Source: Octopus vulgaris (taxonomy: Eukaryota). From it: 64,000 nucleotides of DNA. Where the stretch lies: positions 8,618,001 to 8,682,000 of the forward strand of contig OX597815.1 in NCBI GenBank assembly GCA_951406725.2, given 5' to 3'. The notes beneath the pieces were generated by a model. The model was not told the origin of the DNA. It ran no database searches and saw nothing but the letters and a program-made list of their open reading frames with translations. Shown piece after piece: positions 61,688 through 64,000 of this stretch (within the stretch, counting starts at the first letter, position 1; the number at the start of each line of letters is the position of its first letter). The translations under genes were made by a program, and so were the position numbers.

Positions 61688-63090
61688 ATCATCATCATCA
61701 TCGTTTAATGTCCGTTTTCTGTGCTAGCATGGGTTGGATGGTTCAACCAGGGTCTGGGAAGCCAGGAGGCTGCACCAGGCTCCAGTCAGATCTGGCAGTG
61801 TTTCTACAGCTGGATGCCCTTTCTAATGCCAACCACTCTGTGAGTGTAGTGGGTGCATTTTACGTGCCACTGGCATGGAGGCCAGTCGAGGCGGCACTGG
61901 CATCGGCCACGATTCGGATGGTGCTTTTTACATGCCACCGGCACAGAAGCGAGTCTAGGTGGCGCTGGCATCGGCCACCTTCAGATGGTGCTGTTTACGT
62001 GCCACGGGCTCAGGGATCACAACTGCAGTTTCCATTGATTTTGATGTCGGTGTACTTGACTCAATGGATCTCCTCAAGCAGAGGGTCGAAATGGTGTTTC
62101 TTCACTTGCCACCTGCACAGGAGTCAGTCCAGCGGTCCTGGCAACTGCCGGGTGCCAGTCGTAGGATTGGTTCAATAACTCATCCACACTTTCGACATGT
62201 GTGAGGCTGAAATCATTACAGAGGTCCCAAATTGTTGGACCAGGCCATGAAAGTTACAGAGAGGGTCATAGCTCAACTAATTAGGAAGACAATCAGCCTA
62301 AACGTGATGCAGTTTGGTTTTGTGCTTGAGAAGACACATCAAACTAATTAGAATTGTAGCCATTCACACATACAGGTATACAGGTATGTCCTTTGTGTTC
62401 ATACCCCACCTCTCTCTTCCTCTCACCCACACGTGCATAATCAGTCCCCTGACAAAACTCCCTTACAACTCATCTTCCCAAAACCCCCTCTCACCACCCG
62501 TAATCACCACCTGCTGCAGGCCCCTCCACTCTGACTCACACACCTACCTGCACACTCTCCATTCCCTCACATGTCTCTCATACCACCCACCCCCATCCAG
62601 CTACTCCAGTTTCTCTTAACATGACCTGCCAGTAATCTCTTCTCCATCTCACACTCTTATTAAATATCCCTTGATCGTTACCAGCATCACCTTACTGGTA
62701 CTTGTGCCTGTGCTAGTAGGGTACCAAGAGCACCATCCGAGCGTGATCGTTGCCAGAGCAGCCAACTGGCTTCCATACCCGTGGCACGTAAAAGGGCACC
62801 ATTCGAGCATGATCGTTACTGATGTCGCTTCACTGGCACCTGTGTCGGTAGCACGTGTAAAAAGATTCAAGCGAGGTCATTGCCAGTACCGCCTGACTGG
62901 TCCCCGTGCCGGTGGCACGTAAAAAGCACCCACTACACTCTCGGAGCGGTTGGCATTAGGAAGGGCATCCAGCTGTAGAAACTCTGCCAGATCAAGATTG
63001 GAGCCTGGTGCAGCCATCTGGTTCACCAGCTCCTGTCAAACCATCCAACCCATGCCAGCAGGAAAGACAGACGTTAAACGATGATGATGA
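61688..63090. mobile_element. Family D copies (61688-62160 minus, 62670-63090 plus) flanking an RTE RT fragment (~62205-62335 plus)
   Basis: Conserved blocks; LLDQAMKVTERVIAQLIR matches the RT of the LINE at 44956. Confidence 0.65.
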
Positions 63091-63151
63091 TTTCATGGGG
63101 TTTTGTGAAAAGGAAGTTGTGTAATATTGATATTGTAGTATTAATATGTAC

Positions 63152-63378
63152 AGGCAGTGAGCTGGCAGAATCGTTAGCACGCTGGGCAAATCCCTTATCT
63201 CTGTCCCTCTGTTATACTCCAGCCTCTTATCTGGACCAGAGTTCAAATTCCGCCGAGGTCGACTTTGCCTTTCATCCTTTCGAGGTCGATAAATTAGGTA
63301 CCAGTTACGCACTGGGGTCGGTATCTGTTCTTGTTTGTCCCCTCTGTGTTTAGCCCCTTGTGGGTAGTAAAGAAATAA
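63152..63378 (+). mobile_element. SINE family C
   Basis: Head ggcagtgagctggcagaa, core and 3' end present. Confidence 0.7.
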
Positions 63379-64000
63379 TTAATATGTACAGAGGTTGTAT
63401 AGTATTTAGGGAGTGTTATGTAGAGTAAAGGATATACTTGTTATATTGATATTGTTTTAATTTTTACAGGCGGTGAGCATGGCAGAAACATTAGGCAAGC
63501 TGGGCGAAAGGTAGCAGTATTAATTATAATTATATTCTACAGGAATGTATATAATTGCAATATACTTTTTGTACAGTTTTCTCGAAAAAAAAAAAAATTA
63601 CTGAGCAGAAATGTCCAAGTTTCATGTATTTTACCAGCAAAGTTCTTAACAGGGAAATATCTGATGTAAATGATGTCTGAAAGATTTTTTAATGTGAAGA
63701 CACAATTTCATTTCCTGATAAAGCACTCTATAGAATAGTTTGATAGAGTTGTATAACTCCCATCAAGAAGATCTATGATCAAAGGAATTTTACCTGATGT
63801 GTATGCTTTTGTACTTCTTTTGTTCTGTTTTTTTTTTTAAAGATGGCTGTAAATGATTTTAAAGAAAATCTGGATATTAATTGAATACTCTCCTTTGTTC
63901 TGAAGAAGTTAATTTGCATAGCTAAAAATTTGTGCAACTATAAAGCCACTGTTGTTGCTATTGTAAATGTCGTTGACTACTTCTGTTTAACCCAAAGATG

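Noticed and set aside
63470-63510. Apparent exon ttttacag|GCGGTGAGC...AAAG|gtagca
   Set aside because: It is a truncated family C SINE head with a weak donor; no support for exonisation.

Overview
AT-rich, repeat-dense animal genomic DNA. The repeat set (tRNA-derived SINEs, RTE, R4/Dong and CR1 LINE fragments, TTAA MITEs, Helitrons, abundant microsatellites) suggests a coleoid cephalopod, probably Octopus; this is inference, not a database match. Most ORFs in the supplied track are repeat artefacts. One spliced + strand gene, whose start lies upstream of the window, can be followed by hand through GT-AG exons with matching phases: 2280-3195, 16412-16704, 18539-18658, 21651-21781, 23894-23948 and 34095-34157. 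It encodes a highly charged, low-complexity E/K-rich protein that I do not recognise. From about 37 to 60 kb the gene contains a tandem array of duplicated intron-exon units. Eight paralogous exons are intact, phase 1-1 and stop-free (123, 93, 117, 162, 141, 135, 156 and 114 nt) and encode a basic head, an acidic tract and a basic tail, like titin PEVK modules. The array also holds dead copies and a chimeric exon. Just upstream lies a symmetric 72-nt exon with an in-frame TAA that could gate translation of the array. Introns also carry a 3.6-kb 11-15-bp satellite, a 169-bp satellite derived from a piggyBac-type MITE, minisatellites grown inside an RTE LINE 3' UTR, a decayed Gypsy element, a solo LTR and several long hairpins. 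Repeat boundaries are approximate unless target-site duplications (TSDs) or terminal inverted repeats (TIRs) are quoted.
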